Made by a program: the position numbers and the translations under genes
Origin: Eledone cirrhosa
Taxonomy: Eukaryota
Direction of reading: 5' to 3'
Assembly (NCBI GenBank): GCA_964016885.1
Contig: OZ024752.1
Location: 14,198,001 to 14,262,000 of the forward strand
DNA length: 64,000 nt
In this document: piece by piece, positions 1-16,187 of the stretch
Layout of the letters: each line of letters starts with the position of its first letter
Numbering within the stretch: the stretch's first letter is position 1
Notes under the pieces: model-generated
Told to the model about the DNA's origin: nothing
The model's database searches: none
What the model saw: the letters and a program-made list of their open reading frames with translations, nothing else

Positions 1-186
1 TATGCACGCATCAGTTTAGCGGACGTTTATTACAACGCCGCTTTGTTCGTTTGTTTGTCAACAAACTGACACCCGGTATGCCTGACCGATTTAACTCCCT
101 CAATATGCAAATTAGGCTGCTCAGCCGTTAATTTTCATAAGGAAAGTATATACTTTCGAACGTTCAACTATCTGGCAGATGGGTAA

Positions 187-229
187 ACGGTGCTGATGAT
201 AGCTAACAAGCTTGAAACTAGTACATCCT
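187..229 (+). ncRNA. Minimal type I hammerhead ribozyme motif (family A)
   Basis: cggtg-CTGATGA-tagct aaca agctt-GAAACTAGTA-catcc: core CUGAUGA/GAAA, stem II, palindromic stem III ACTAGT, GUA cleavage triplet. Confidence 0.8.
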
Positions 230-691
230 TCCTGTGTCAGTGTTGAACAAAAAAGTGACGTGGTTGCCTTAACACCGTATGGCATAAATTCAGGCTGTTC
301 AGTTTGTTGACAAACAAACGAACAAAGCAGCGTTGTAATAAACGTGCGCTAAACTGATGCGTGCATATATGTATGTGTACCTGTATGTATGTGTACCTGT
401 ATGTATATATGTATATATATGTATATATATATATATATATGTATGTATATATGTGCATGCTACTGTACGTCTGTATACATATATGTATGTACGTATACAT
501 ACATACTTACATTTAAGTAAGTGCCATACTAAGAGTGAGAAATGAAATTTCGTTTTCATTTTTTTCAACTTATCGTTTTCGGTATGCCTGACCGATTTAA
601 CTCACTCAATATGCAAATTAGGCTGCTCAGCCCTTAATTTTCATAAGGAAAGTATATACTTTCGAACGTTCAACTATCTGGCAGATGGGTA

Positions 692-736
692 AACGGTGCT
701 GATGATAGCTAACAATCTTGAAACTAGTACATCGTT
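692..736 (+). ncRNA. Minimal type I hammerhead ribozyme motif (family A, second copy)
   Basis: aacggtg-CTGATGA-tagctaacaatctt-GAAACTAGTA-catcgtt; stem I aacggtg/catcgtt. Confidence 0.8.
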
Positions 737-847
737 CCTGTGTCAGTGTTGAACAAAAAGGTGACGTGGTTGCCTTAACACCGTATGGCATAAATTCAGG
801 CTGTTCAGTATACATATATGTGTATATATACACATATATGTATACTT

Positions 848-1115
848 AAATTTTTATAGCACAATGAGAATGTTCTCCGTGTGAAATAGGGGTTTGCAGA
901 GTTGATCACGTAAATTCACATCGATGTTTGTAGTTATCATATAAACATATGAATTTTTAAAACTAGACATAAGATCATTACTTTTCACACATTATGGATA
1001 CGTGTCTCATTCAGGAATACTGATATTTACATTATAGTGCCTGGTTTTTATACGAACTAATATTTCTACATTAAAACATAGGGTTTTTAAATTCTGCCTC
1101 GCCTATGTCTGGTTA
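848..1115. repeat. Dispersed repeat, diverged inverted copy at about 59250-59490
   Basis: Shared blocks such as attcaggaatactgatatttaca and tacattaaaacatagggtttt occur reverse-complemented at 59280-59345. Confidence 0.65.
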
Positions 1116-1118
1116 CAT

Positions 1119-1290
1119 ATGACTATATATAAACAACTATCTGGTTGTGGAACCAACCAACCAAACAGAAATTTATAAGTTTGTAAATTTGTAAATTTAT
1201 AAATTTATAAATATATAATAAATTGAAGTGAAAGCAACTGGTGCGTGTGTTTCTTATTGGCAACATGACCCTCCCAAAGTATAACAATAT
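1119..1290 (+). mobile_element. Solo pLTR fragment of the Neptune-type PLE at 60657-63355
   Basis: Near-identical to the reverse complement of 60710-60882 and to 63205-63355. Confidence 0.85.
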
Positions 1291-1323
1291 ATATACATAT
1301 ATATATATATACATATATCAACT

Positions 1324-3108
<1,785 letters not shown>

Positions 3109-4320
3109 GTAGGAGGTGAGTTTTATTGTAGTACAATAAAGCAATGCAGATATCGGATAAGAAGCACTCTACAGTTTGTAGGACTGGAGTATACATAATA
3201 TATAAGAACAAAAGATGGTTAAAGGAGTTCCATGTATTTTATTATGCGCATTTCAAAAACAAATATCATCATGCAATAATATTTGTGTTTTCATCAGATA
3301 AAACAGGAGGACATGATATGAAGGTTACAAAACACTTGTGAATAGTGCAGTTTTAAATCAACATATGAGAAGTAGTTTTAGATTGATGTGTGATATTGGG
3401 AAACATATTTTATTTAGAGGGAGCGGGGATGGAAAGGATGAAAAAAAGGAGATGAGAGTGAAGTGGAGAGGGAGGAGTATAATGAGGAAGGATGAGATAG
3501 GAGGAGAGATGGGTGATAGAGAGAGAGAGATAGTTTTTATAACTGCGAAAGATATATTGTTTTACATAGAGAGGTTGAAAACCGTTGGAAGATAATGTAT
3601 ATATTAAAAGAATTTGAAAATTAACGAAGAGAAAAATATGTGCGAAGAAAAAGAAGGAGTTAATATGTATTGAGAATAATGAGTTAGATGAAAGGGAGAA
3701 AAAGAATAATGAATTGAGGATGAATATTCTAACGTCAAAAAAAAAATATATGTTTACGAAGGATTTTTACAAGGTGATATGGAGTAAGAATGTGTTGTAA
3801 TATGTAATAATTGATTCTATGTTAGGCAAGAGTGAGAAAAGCTACATATTAGGGGTTAGATATTAGAAGAGAAGAAAAGGAAGTGATAAATATGGGTGAT
3901 GTAGAAAGAGTAAACAAGTATTATAGAATTTGAAAATTAACGAAGAGAAAAATAATTAAAATTTAAGGTCTGTATATTGAAGGATTTGAGAAAAATAATG
4001 TAAAGTTAAGGTTTGTATATGGAAGGATTTGATAATATGTGCGAAGAAAAAGAAAATGTTAATATGTATTGAGAATAATGAGTTAGATGATAGGGAGAAA
4101 AAGAATAATGAATTGAGGATGAATAATCTAGCGTCAAAAAAAATGTATATGTTTACGAAGGATTTTTACAATGTGATATAGAGTAAGAGTAATGAGTAAA
4201 CAAGTATTATAGAATGTATAATAACCTTTGAAATAAGGTAGAAAGATGGGTATATTTTTAAAAGAAGTGTATATATATGTGTCTTTGAGAAAAAGATTCT
4301 AAATTGATAAAGAATTGAAT
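3109..4320 (-). mobile_element. Probable 3' UTR/pLTR remnant of a PLE ending in an HHR
   Basis: Strand-biased purine-rich tract like 44090-44780, with an internal duplication (about 3608-3780 vs 3927-4175), an HHR at its minus-strand 3' end and TA tracts on both sides. Confidence 0.5.
3235..3305 (-). ncRNA. Type I hammerhead ribozyme motif
   Basis: Minus strand tgttttat-CTGATGA-aaacacaaatat...atatttgttttt-GAAATGCGCATA-ataaaata; palindromic stem III ATGCGCAT, AUA triplet. Confidence 0.8.
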
Positions 4321-4371
<51 letters not shown>

Positions 4372-4372
4372 C

Positions 4373-4405
<33 letters not shown>

Positions 4406-4406
4406 C

Positions 4407-5685
<1,279 letters not shown>

Positions 5686-5690
<5 letters not shown>

Positions 5691-6508
5691 ATGGATTCAC
5701 CGAACATTTATTATAATGCTCGGTGTGTTTGTAAAGAAACATCCCGTATTAAGCCGTAGTGTCTAGTAACCATCGCTGCTCGTTTGTTCAATACTGAGAA
5801 AGGAACGATGTACTAGTTTCAAACTTATTAGCTATCGTCAGCAACGTATACCCTTCTGCCAGATTGTTGAACGTATATAATTACCTTATGCATATTAACG
5901 GCTGAGTAACGCAATTTGCATATCGAGTCGGTTAATCGGCCGAGTGCACCGAAAACGACAAGTAGTATGTATATATACATACTACTGTACGTCTGTATAC
6001 ATATATGTATGTACGTGTACATACTTATATTTAAGTAACAGCCGTACTAAGAGTGGGAAATGAAATCTCGTTTCATTTTTACCGTTTGTCGTTTTCGGTG
6101 CACCCGGCCGATTAACCCACTCGATATGCAAATTGGGCTACTCAGCCGTTAATATGCATAAGGTAAGTATATACGTTCAACAATCTGGCAGAAGGGTATA
6201 CGTTGCTGACGATAGCTAATAAGCTTGAAACGAGTACAGGGTTCCTTTGTCAATGTTGAACAAATGAGCAACGATGGTTGCTAGACACTACGGCTTAATA
6301 CGGGATGTTTCTTTACAAACACACCGAGCATTATAATAAATGTTCGGTGAATCCATACGTACATATATATATGGGTGCATGTATGTATATATATATATAC
6401 ATACTACTGTACGTCTGTATACATATATGTATGTACGTGTACATACTTATATTTACGTAACAGCCGTACTAAGAGTGGGAAATGAAATTTCGTTTCATTT
6501 TTTCCGTT

Positions 6509-6510
<2 letters not shown>
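5686..6510. mobile_element. Fold-back element, diverged relative of family A, with two inverted HHR motifs
   Basis: About 5688-5960 and 6088-6360 are inverted repeats; about 5975-6087 is directly repeated at 6395-6509. HHRs at 5805-5847 (-) and 6200-6242 (+): acgttg-CTGACGA-tagctaataag(c/t)tt-GAAAC(T/G)AGTA. Confidence 0.75.
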
Positions 6511-6540
<30 letters not shown>

Positions 6541-6542
<2 letters not shown>

Positions 6543-6735
6543 ACGAAGGAAATGTGGTGAGGAGTCAGATGGACCATAACGCACCAAAGTACTCAATACT
6601 TAGGATAGTAGAGTGTGTAATAGGAACGAGTAGGACCCCGACGGCTGAGTTCAAGCCATTTTGACGGCTAATTCTGGACATAATTAGCCGTCGAACCGGC
6701 TTGAGCTCAGCCGTCGTGGTCCTACACGTCCCTAT
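6541..6735 (-). mobile_element. Short fold-back element (family B) in TA tract
   Basis: Hairpin at about 6620-6735 plus an 80-bp tail; homologous to 16932-17394. Confidence 0.75.
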
Positions 6736-6807
6736 ATATCTATATATCTATACACACACACATATATATATATATATATATCTATATATATATATCTATA
6801 TATCTAT

Positions 6808-6908
<101 letters not shown>

Positions 6909-7489
6909 TATATATATATATATATGTGTGTGTGTGTATATATATATGTATATATATGATGTTCATGTTGTGTATGTGTCTCTGAGAATATAGAGACGGA
7001 GATTTAATGACGATTGAAGTGGAGAAAGCTTTGTAGGATTCTGAAGTAATTCGGAAATATATCTTTCATTAAAGTTACCAATCACTTGAACTGAACATAT
7101 CGTTTCATCATTGGTAGACATTTAAACATCTTCCATGACTCAATATTATACTGATTAATTCGTAATTAAAATTAAAATGTTCAATTTTAATTAAATGGTT
7201 TACAAGTAGAAAGTGTGTTAACTTCATGATTACATTCTCTATAACATCATTATAAATTGAATAATTTGAACCTCGGAGTGGCACCATTATAAAGGTGACA
7301 TGTAATGTGTTGGAAAATATATAATAGAAATCTCATTTATCTTGTAACGTCGTTATAATACCAAAGACGCCTATTTTAATGATTTTTTTCTAATTAACAA
7401 CATGTAATTCCAAACGAATAGTTTTCTCGAAAGTACATTTAATGGCATGGTAGTTTTGTATGTGCTAGTAGCATACATTTTATACATAC

Positions 7490-7805
7490 GTGGTTGGAAA
7501 TCCGTCAGCTCCGACGACGAGTGTTACAGTTATTTGATCAGAGGAAACAATCTGCTAATTACATTAGCGTAGAAGTAGCAGAACATTCCAGTCTATCGAG
7601 TTCCCGGAACGTACTTCTCAGGGAAATTAAGCATCATATAACGTAAGATAATGTGGCCGTTTGAAATACAGGCACAACTCTTTTGTTTTCAAGTTGAATG
7701 GACTGGTGCAATGTGAAGTAAAGTGTCTTGCTCAAAGACACCACGCACCTGTGTGAATGGAACTTACAGTTTTGAGACGAATACCTCAACCACCAAGTCA
7801 TGCAC
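7490..7805 (-). mobile_element. Old SINE-like dispersed repeat (related copy at about 20960-21180)
   Basis: aagtgtcttgctcaaagacaccacgc...aaccaccaagtcatgc is typical of the reverse strand of tRNA-SINE heads; shares motifs with 20960-21180. Confidence 0.5.
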
Positions 7806-8084
7806 AACGAAATAGCTTGTATATCGAAGCTAGGAAAACAAGGAAAACAAGGAAAACTTTGTTTTAGATAATACCATTTATACCGTACCTATTTCATTCT
7901 TATTAAGGTCTCATCGACCCTCAAAATTATTACCAGCGTTTTAGCGACTGCCTCCTCCAATAGAAAAACAAAATATTATTCAAGTTTCATTGGCCCCTCA
8001 AATTATTAAGCTTTCATCGAAACCATACATAAAATAAATGATCTTGTTTCATCAGGCCAATGCTCCAGGTCAAGTCCTGGCTTT

Positions 8085-8412
8085 TATTGGTTACTGTGGG
8101 TGAGTGGGAATTTGAACTGGTTGATCACCCTCCCTATTTTACTGATTTGGCTCCATCTGATTATCATCTGTTCCCCAACATGAAAACAGCACTTGGTTCG
8201 GAATCAGTATCGCAGTGAGCATGATGTTATAACTGCTGTTGATGACTTGTTTGACCCTCAAGATGAAAGCTTCTTCACCAATGGTATCAAGACACTGCAA
8301 CAACGATTGAAGAAGTGTGGGGACATCAAAGGGGTTCTATGTTGAAAATTAAATCTCATTTGGTCACATTCCATGAGAGTATCTTGGTCAGCCTATGAAC
8401 CTTTGAGCCGAC
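8085..8412 (+). mobile_element. Mariner transposase C-terminal relic with right TIR
   Basis: Frameshifted translation resembles HPPYSPDLAPSDYHLFPNMK...FFTNGIKTLQQRLKKC, the mariner YSPDLAPxD motif. Confidence 0.8.
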
Positions 8413-9325
8413 ATATCGAAAACCAGAAAGAATACACCATCTCTAATTATATCTACAGATACATTGTTGTACTTCATGTATACGAGTTGAATTACTTTGC
8501 TAAAATATTATTTTATCGGAAAAAAATACGGATAATGATATAATAGATGCCTGTTATATTTGAAATATTTTGTTGCTGAAAGAAAGCTATTATTAAAAGC
8601 AAGTAAATACTTAACACATATTTTAGATTGTCAAATATGTATTTACGTCCATTACTGATTGAATACTATGTTACTAATTGACATTTGTATTGTAAACAGA
8701 TATTGCTTATGCGCAATATATATTCATATACATGCACCAACACCCACGAACACATATATATATACACATAATACACATACTAGTTGGAATATTTCCAGAA
8801 AATATTTTATGAGAATCTTGTATGAAAATAATCCATACATATCTCACGGAATATATAATATTCATAGTAATAGGTCGCTAGTGGAGTAATATTGATGATG
8901 ATAAAAGCGACGAGGGTGTCAGGGATACTATTATTGATAATGTTGATATTGATCTTCATAATAATCTTCGATATTATCATCCATCAAAATTATATTTAAA
9001 ATTAACAAAAGTTATCCTCTATTTTTCTTGTATTATTTTACGATATTTTCGTAATGATAAATTCATAACATGTCCAATATATTCTAAGAAATCTTACTTT
9101 CAAGGCGATTTTGAATAATAGATAGCATCAGTGAATATTTTAACATCATCAAAGCTTTAGGAAATGTAGATAAGATTAAGACGGAAATGGATACGCTCTA
9201 AGATTAGCTGTCGGAAATTAAATGTTTTAGATACTAAATAATGTTAAAAAATATGTTTATGGGTCTGGCGTAATTTTATAGAGGTAAACATATAACGAAA
9301 TAAGTTAGAATTAGTACAAGTAACA

Positions 9326-9938
9326 TAATTGTTTCTACTTTAGGCACAAGGCCAGCAATTACCAGTGCATTACTGGTACTTTATTTTATCGACCCCGTAA
9401 GGATGAAAGGCAAAGTCAACCTCGGCGGGATTTGAACTCAGATCGTAAAGGGACGTAACTATGCTGGAAAGCATGGCGTCCGACACTCTACCGATACTGC
9501 CAATCCACCTCCCTAGTACAAGCAACATAATGTCAAGATTTAGTGATGTTAACATTGTGTCTGATTTAGGCGCAAGGTCAGCAATTCGCAGGAGAAGGAG
9601 GAAGTCGATTAAATCCACCCCAGTGCTTTACTGGTGCTTTATTTATCGACTCTGTAAGGATGAAAGGCAAAGCTAACCTCGGTGGGATTTGAACTCAGAA
9701 TGTAAAGGGCCGTAACTTTATGCCGCACTACTATAACTAATAATAATAATAATGTTTCTACTTTTGTACAAGGCCAGCAATTACCCCGGTACATTACTGG
9801 TACTTTATTTTATCGACCCCCGTAAGGATGATAGGCAAAGCTAAACTTGGCGGGATTTGAACTTAGAAAGTAAAGGGCCACAACTATGTTGCAAAGCATG
9901 ATGTTCGATGCTCTACCGATACTGACAAACTAGCACCC
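9326..9938 (-). mobile_element. Three tandem copies of octopus-type tRNA-derived SINE
   Basis: Each carries ggatttgaactcag (B box on the minus strand) and cgacccc/gtaaggatgaaaggcaaag; units at about 9326-9514, 9553-9728, 9751-9938. Confidence 0.85.
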
Positions 9939-9994
9939 TATTTCGTGACATTATATGTAGTGTTTAAGGATTGTATATAGGGTTTAAGTATATA

Positions 9995-10250
9995 GAGGCC
10001 CAGGACCTAATGGTTAGTGTGCGTGTCGGTTCGATTCCTAGACAGACTGCTGCTTTGTGTTCTTGAAAAAAACATTATTTCATGTTGCTCTAGCACACTC
10101 AGATAAAAGTGTGTAAAATCAGTAGCTACGGAAATAAACCTGCGATAGATCACTGTTCTGTCCAGAGAGAGTCTTGTACTCATCTTATCCAAGGAGAGTC
10201 TCATACTCTCAGTCGCTTACCGCCAAGGTGTTACGCACCAACATGAGGAG
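9995..10250 (+). mobile_element. Old tRNA-derived SINE (different family)
   Basis: A-box-like taatggttag and B box ggttcgattcc, followed by gtgttcttgaaaaaaacattatttcatgttgctc. Confidence 0.5.
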
Positions 10251-10639
10251 CCTAGGTCTTAGAACAGACATTTACCCTACTCATCATGTGTATGAGAGCA
10301 ATGGTTAAACATTAAAACAAATCATATGTATTATGAAATATTAACATAGATTTACATTATTCAGCCATAGAAGAAAACATGGTGAGTGAGTTTAAGACAT
10401 TTATTGTTCGGTTCAATTGCATGGCCTCTGGGAAAATGAATACTACTATAACGTCTATTTTAACTATACAGTCTATATTATGAATATTTGGTTGACTGAA
10501 ACATCTAGTATTGTCTCACAAACAATAAAATCCTCAAAAATATATTTATGTGGTAATTATGTATGTTAACGAGATTCCTGCGAGACAGTTTCAACATATC
10601 TTGGCGACAGAGAGTCAGAAATGGAGAACTCTGTCTGGA

Positions 10640-10900
10640 TAGTCCTTCCACGTCGGATATCTTTGGTCTAAGATGGATGTGTTTGGTGGGACATTGTTAC
10701 AGGGTAAACAAATGAGAGCGTCTGCCATGTTCTTTTATAGAAGCCTGCGCATGGTCATAGAAGTAGAGGTCGTCCTGCAATAACGTATCTAGATATGGTA
10801 TATGCTGACATGGGAGGAAATTTAACAGTAATAATGCTAGATCGAGACAAATGGAAAGACTACTGTTCATTGGATCGAGGAAACTCGACACTTGAGTGAG
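10640..10900 (+). mobile_element. RTE-type LINE 3' relic
   Basis: Degenerate translation ...RSRGRPAITYLDM...MLDRDKWK resembles the RTE C-terminus; ends in a (gagt)n tail. Confidence 0.5.
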
Positions 10901-11489
10901 TGAGATGTGGTAAGTGAACAAAATTATTCTTAATCAATGATTCCCATTCGTTATCCACTCGTTTTATTAATTTTACGTCCATTTCACTAGATGAACTGCT
11001 TTTGTGTTTGCACTTGTTTTCTATTTTCTTATCAACTGTCCTTTCTATAATTTCCATATGAATGAATTTCCTTTATTAAGAATTATTCTGTGCCTCCGAG
11101 TTTATATTTTTCCCTGTATAGTTTACTCTTCATTTACATTTATTAGAATAATGTACTTGGTGCACTTTTCACAAATGTTTCCTTCCTATCTTTATTGATA
11201 TTTATGGTTTGTTTTTTAATTTCTGTTGCTATTTCCAGACATTTTCAAACAATATACCAAATATATTGTCGTATAATTTATTTTCGGTTACTCTCATTTC
11301 TCTTTCGTCCTATGCAATACTTTTAGGCTTATAAAATATCTTTCCCTCTCCCTATTTGCAAATCATTGACGTTTCGTCGATTATTTTTGAATATTTTCAG
11401 ACAGTTTTGTCAAATCAAATTCTCCCCTGTATTTTTTAAAGGGTGTTGGTTATGATTTGAAGGAAATATAGCTAGTATTCTTAGCAGCA

Positions 11490-11703
11490 AGGCGGTGGAT
11501 TTGTATCCGTAGAGACCATGATTTGAAACATAGAGATATGAACCTTTATGTTCTGAGTTCAAATCCCACCGAGGTTAGCTTTGCCTTTCATCTTTACGGG
11601 GTCGATAAAATAATACCAGTAAGGTGCTGGGTTCGATTTACTCAACCTTCCTCTTCACCCACACCCAATTTTTGGCCTTGTGCCCAAATCAGAAACCATT
11701 ATT
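11490..11703 (+). mobile_element. tRNA-derived SINE
   Basis: ggcggtggattt...ctgagttcaaatccc...ggccttgtgcccaaatcagaaaccattatt. Confidence 0.85.
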
Positions 11704-11736
11704 CTTAGCAGCTCGTTTGATCGCATATATAATATA

Positions 11737-11925
11737 TTGTTGTTTCTACTTTTCGCACAAGGTCACCAATTACCCAGTGCATTACTGGTACTTTATTTTA
11801 TCAACCCCGTAAGGATGAAAGGCAAAGTTTACCTTGGCGTGATTTGAACTCAGAATAGCAAGGACCGTAACTCTATGTGTCAAAGCATGGTGTCCGACCC
11901 TCTACCGATACTGCCAATCCACCGC
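11737..11925 (-). mobile_element. tRNA-derived SINE
   Basis: Full-length reverse copy of the same family. Confidence 0.88.
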
Positions 11926-12763
11926 ATATATAATATATTGTATCTTTAATGGAAAATTTCCTGAGATGTCTGTTATCAGCATCTGTCTTCTTCTGCTTTT
12001 TCATCCACTAATCTATTTAAATTCCCAATTATACTTTTGTCTTCAAACTTTTAAATAACTTTCCACGTCTTTAATTTGTCTTCCTTTTTCAATTATTCAA
12101 GATGTGTTTGTTAAATGTTTTAATCCCATTTGTCTGTTCACTATTCTTTCATCCTTTCTCATTTCTTTGATTTCTTTCAATATTTCTAGCGTCTTTCTTT
12201 TCCAATTATTACTTCATCAGTTTTTTATAATGTACCATTTTAAACACTTCACCAACTGCATTTTAGACTTCATTAAAGTTTAAATATATTGCTTTTATTT
12301 GTATTAAATTGCAGTAGCCAGTGTTTAGAGTTATTTCCATACACATCTCAGTCATATAATTATAACATCTACTGTGCTTTTATATGAATTACTCTATTAT
12401 CTATATACTACTAAAACTCTGTGATTGTGTCTTGTCTGTAATTTAATACAGTCAAAATGTTGTATAATGGGAAAATACGTGGCCGCTGAAAAGGGAATAC
12501 AAATGGAATAAACAAGTTTCGCGTAAATCAGAACACTGCTTCCCGAGATATGGGGTTTTAGCGGGTACCTTCATAAATAGAGAGATAGAAAGATGTAGAG
12601 GTTGTGAGAGAGTAGATTGAAACCGAGATATACAGAGAGGGAGAAGGAGACAGAGAAGGAAACTGGAAGAGAGAGAGAGCTGGTGTTGTTGTTGAATGAA
12701 ATTGTAACAAGTGACTTGTGAGTGCGTGTGTATATGTGTGTGTCTGTGACCAGCGTATATAGG

Positions 12764-12887
<124 letters not shown>

Positions 12888-14154
12888 GGGCCTTCTATAT
12901 ATATTTTTATTATTTTAAAATTATTTTTAAGTGAACGTGACCCAACTGGTCTAGTAAATTATAAAATGTAGAAACTATTATAATCTTAGAGCTATTTTGT
13001 ATAGTTTTATGCATTGTTTCTGTATTTTTATTCTGGAACATACTTTCTGTTATTTTTTGTACTTTTAAATGTGTCGAGTATTTGTCTCTTACCTAGTGCC
13101 ATTGTAAATATCTTACTTGTTTACATATTTATCTCAGCTATTCTATTTTTACTGTTATCTTCCTGCTACGTTCAATTGCTACACTTTCTCGACTTTTCAA
13201 ACTTACCATTGTGTTCAGGCGTGTTGATTATTTCAACTTATTTCAAATATTTAATTTTTTAACAGCATTTACAAACCTTATCATTCATTTATTCATCTTT
13301 ATAAAAAGAAAACTAATTTATATTACCAAGTTTCCTGTTCGTATAATGGTTTGTATGTTACCATGCTGCTTCATTGAACATTTTCTATTTAGTTGTCAGA
13401 TATAATATTTTAACATATATATCTAATAATAAAATACATATTTAATAGGAAGTGCTTAGAGTCATAGATAATATGATTTATTTATTGATGAATGAAGGAG
13501 ATTTAAGCGCACAAAGGCGTTCAGCGTGAATTCATGCGTTGAATTATAAAACTTCATTAATTTAAGATATGTTCAATTAATATTTGAAGCAAAAAATATT
13601 TTGATAAAAACGTGAAAACATGTTGGAATAAATCTAATACAAAAATAAAGGAAAATAACGCTAGTTCAATCACGGAAAATAAAATAAGACTGCCGATATA
13701 AATGAGCTGTATTCTTATTTGAAAATTATAATAGGAAAATTTATCATTTGACTTCTTTTAGGAATTGACAAAGGCAATTGTGATATTTGATTCATGAAAT
13801 TCTAGCTGATAAATCATTTACTAGGTTGTATTCAGATTTAGGAAAATTTTAATTTTTATTTATTTTAAAATAGGAAATACGAAGATGTAGAATGTTAGCA
13901 TGTCTTCGAATAAAGATGCGCCAATTATTTAAAATACATATTTCGGTTAATGGTTTATAAAAGGATATTGCTTTTATTTTCCTCTGGAGTGGGAGACGTA
14001 GTCTTCTGGGAATAGCATTGGAATATTGTTCTAGAATGATGTGTAGTAATTTCTCTTGATTTAATTATACATATAAGTAAGCATTCTGTAAAATTTAAAT
14101 ATTCCACTTGACCAATTTTGCTTTCAGTTTTATACATTTACTCACTGAAAGAAT

Positions 14155-14540
14155 ACGATTACGTCTGAAATGGGGTTCCGCCGAAGGGTCTTCGGGGTAA
14201 CGCTACTCGATAGAGTGCGTAGCTCAGAGATCGGAGAGTCAATCCAGGTATAGCCGCTGCTTCTCCGAATTAAGACATCACAGCTATGATATTATGGGCA
14301 TGAGGTTAGAATGTCTCAGGAAAGAATCGCTGGAGAGATTTTATGGGTAAAACCAACCGTCAGGAGACCCAGGGATAGATACTTCGAAAGATGGTTGGAT
14401 AACATCCATGAACTTGGCTTGTCTCATCTGGGGATCCAGCCAGATCAATTGGAGACGGTTGCATCTGACAGGACCTACTGGAATGAGTCTTTAAAGAGTC
14501 GGTCACCACGATCCTCACAGGAATAAGTTGGTGAAGAAGT
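14155..14540 (+). mobile_element. RTE-type LINE 3' fragment
   Basis: Translation GVTLLDRVRSSEI...YYGHEVRMSQERIAGEILWVKPTVRRPR..RWLDNI resembles the RTE ORF C-terminus (W/Y-x-GH-x-x-RM, RPRGR, RW-D). Confidence 0.75.
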
Positions 14541-14642
14541 TATTCTATTTTCATAGTACATGCAATGTGACAATGTGGTATGTGTATGTTCTCTGGGTGC
14601 AACATTATTGGGGACCCAGACTAATCTATGACACATATAAAG

Positions 14643-14785
14643 TATTATTTTACGGCCCTTGCAATACTGAGTTCAAATCCCGCCGAGGTTAACTTTGCCT
14701 TTCATCCTTACAGGGTCGATAAAATAAAGTACCAGTAATGCATTGGTTAATTGCTGGCCTTGTGCCAAAAGTAGAAACAATTATT
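14643..14785 (+). mobile_element. 5'-truncated tRNA-derived SINE
   Basis: ctgagttcaaatcccgccgaggttaac...ccttgtgccaaaagtagaaacaattatt. Confidence 0.85.
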
Positions 14786-15047
14786 TATAGAATGAGAATG
14801 TTTCTGCGTTTCGACCAAAGGTAGAATTACAACAAGACCTGTATGTCTTTTGCGTATACAGTATATTCATAAAGGCGAATGGTTGGTTGTAATTATTGCT
14901 ATTTATTGTTACTGGTAAGAAAGACTTGCGTAGGCGTTACCATGTTCCGTAGGTGTTAACGCAAATGTTTGATTTCTGGTTAGAGAATGCGACTTCAACG
15001 AATATAATAATTTATGATTGTAGGAAGTAGTCATGATGATCAGGCCG

Positions 15048-15075
<28 letters not shown>

Positions 15076-15081
<6 letters not shown>

Positions 15082-15420
15082 GTGACGTTTTTTTACAAAA
15101 TGAAAAATAACCGAGGTGTCCTACACGAGTGAAAGTATAAAGAAAAAAAGATGAAATCGAAAATGCAACTGGAGTCTTATTTAAAATATATATATATATA
15201 TTTATTTGGTTCCTTTACCGGTTTCGCAGTTCTGCTTTTCAAAAGTAGAGTTGAGATGGAGGGTCTGTGGTTTTTCTCAGATGTGAGAAAAACCACAGAC
15301 CCTCCATCTCAACTCTACTTTTGAAAAGCAGAACTGCGAAACCGGTAAAGGAACCAAATAAATATATATATATATATTTTAAATAAAACTCCAGTTGCAT
15401 TTTCGATTTCATCTTTTTTT

Positions 15421-15427
<7 letters not shown>
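15076..15427 (-). mobile_element. Fold-back element (family C): near-perfect hairpin of about 290 bp plus tail, carrying the 3' half of an HHR
   Basis: 15136-15278 and 15284-15427 are inverted repeats; each arm has GCGAAACCGGTA-aagg. Related copy at 47490-47815. Confidence 0.8.
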
Positions 15428-15451
<24 letters not shown>

Positions 15452-15457
<6 letters not shown>

Positions 15458-15654
15458 AAAAAGTATGACCCCGACGGCAGAGCTCAAGCCGTTTCGACGG
15501 CTATTTCTGGACTGAAATAGCCGTCGAGACGGCTTGAGCTCTGCCGTCGGGGTTTTACTTTTTCCTATTTCCCAATCTACTACCCTAAGTATTGAGTGCT
15601 CTTGTGCGTTATGGTCCATTTGTCTCCTTACCACAATTCCTTTGTTATATATAT

Positions 15655-15739
<85 letters not shown>

Positions 15740-15779
15740 ACAAAGGAATTGTGGTAAGGAGACAAATGGACCATAACGC

Positions 15780-15784
<5 letters not shown>
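15452..15784 (+). mobile_element. Family B fold-back element plus inverted tail fragment
   Basis: Hairpin at 15452-15568 and tail to 15647; inverted copy of the tail at 15738-15784 across a TA tract. Confidence 0.75.
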
Positions 15785-15835
<51 letters not shown>

Positions 15836-16065
15836 AACATATATATAAATATATATATATGTATATACATTAAATCACACAGCAATCAACCTTTATATAT
15901 AAATACCTACCTAAATATTTACCTATACACCTACTCATTTAAATCTTTCCCGAATTAACTGAACTGCATACCAAGATGCATACATGCACACATCTATAAA
16001 TACATAGCTGCTCACTCACTCTCTCTCCCTCACACGCACATACACACAAGCACACACACACACAC

Positions 16066-16171
<106 letters not shown>

Positions 16172-16187
16172 ACATATATATATATAT

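Larger units (their letters stand above)
1..810 (+). mobile_element. HHR-bearing fold-back/partial tandem element (family A, PLE pLTR-like)
   Basis: 1-68 is the reverse complement of about 300-367. About 75-300 is directly repeated at about 581-808, and each copy holds an HHR motif. Embedded in TA-rich repeats. Confidence 0.75.

Noticed and set aside
136-157. GAAAGTATATACTTTC palindrome as a second HHR in family A
   Set aside because: No matching CUGANGA core with a pairing stem I could be found on either strand.
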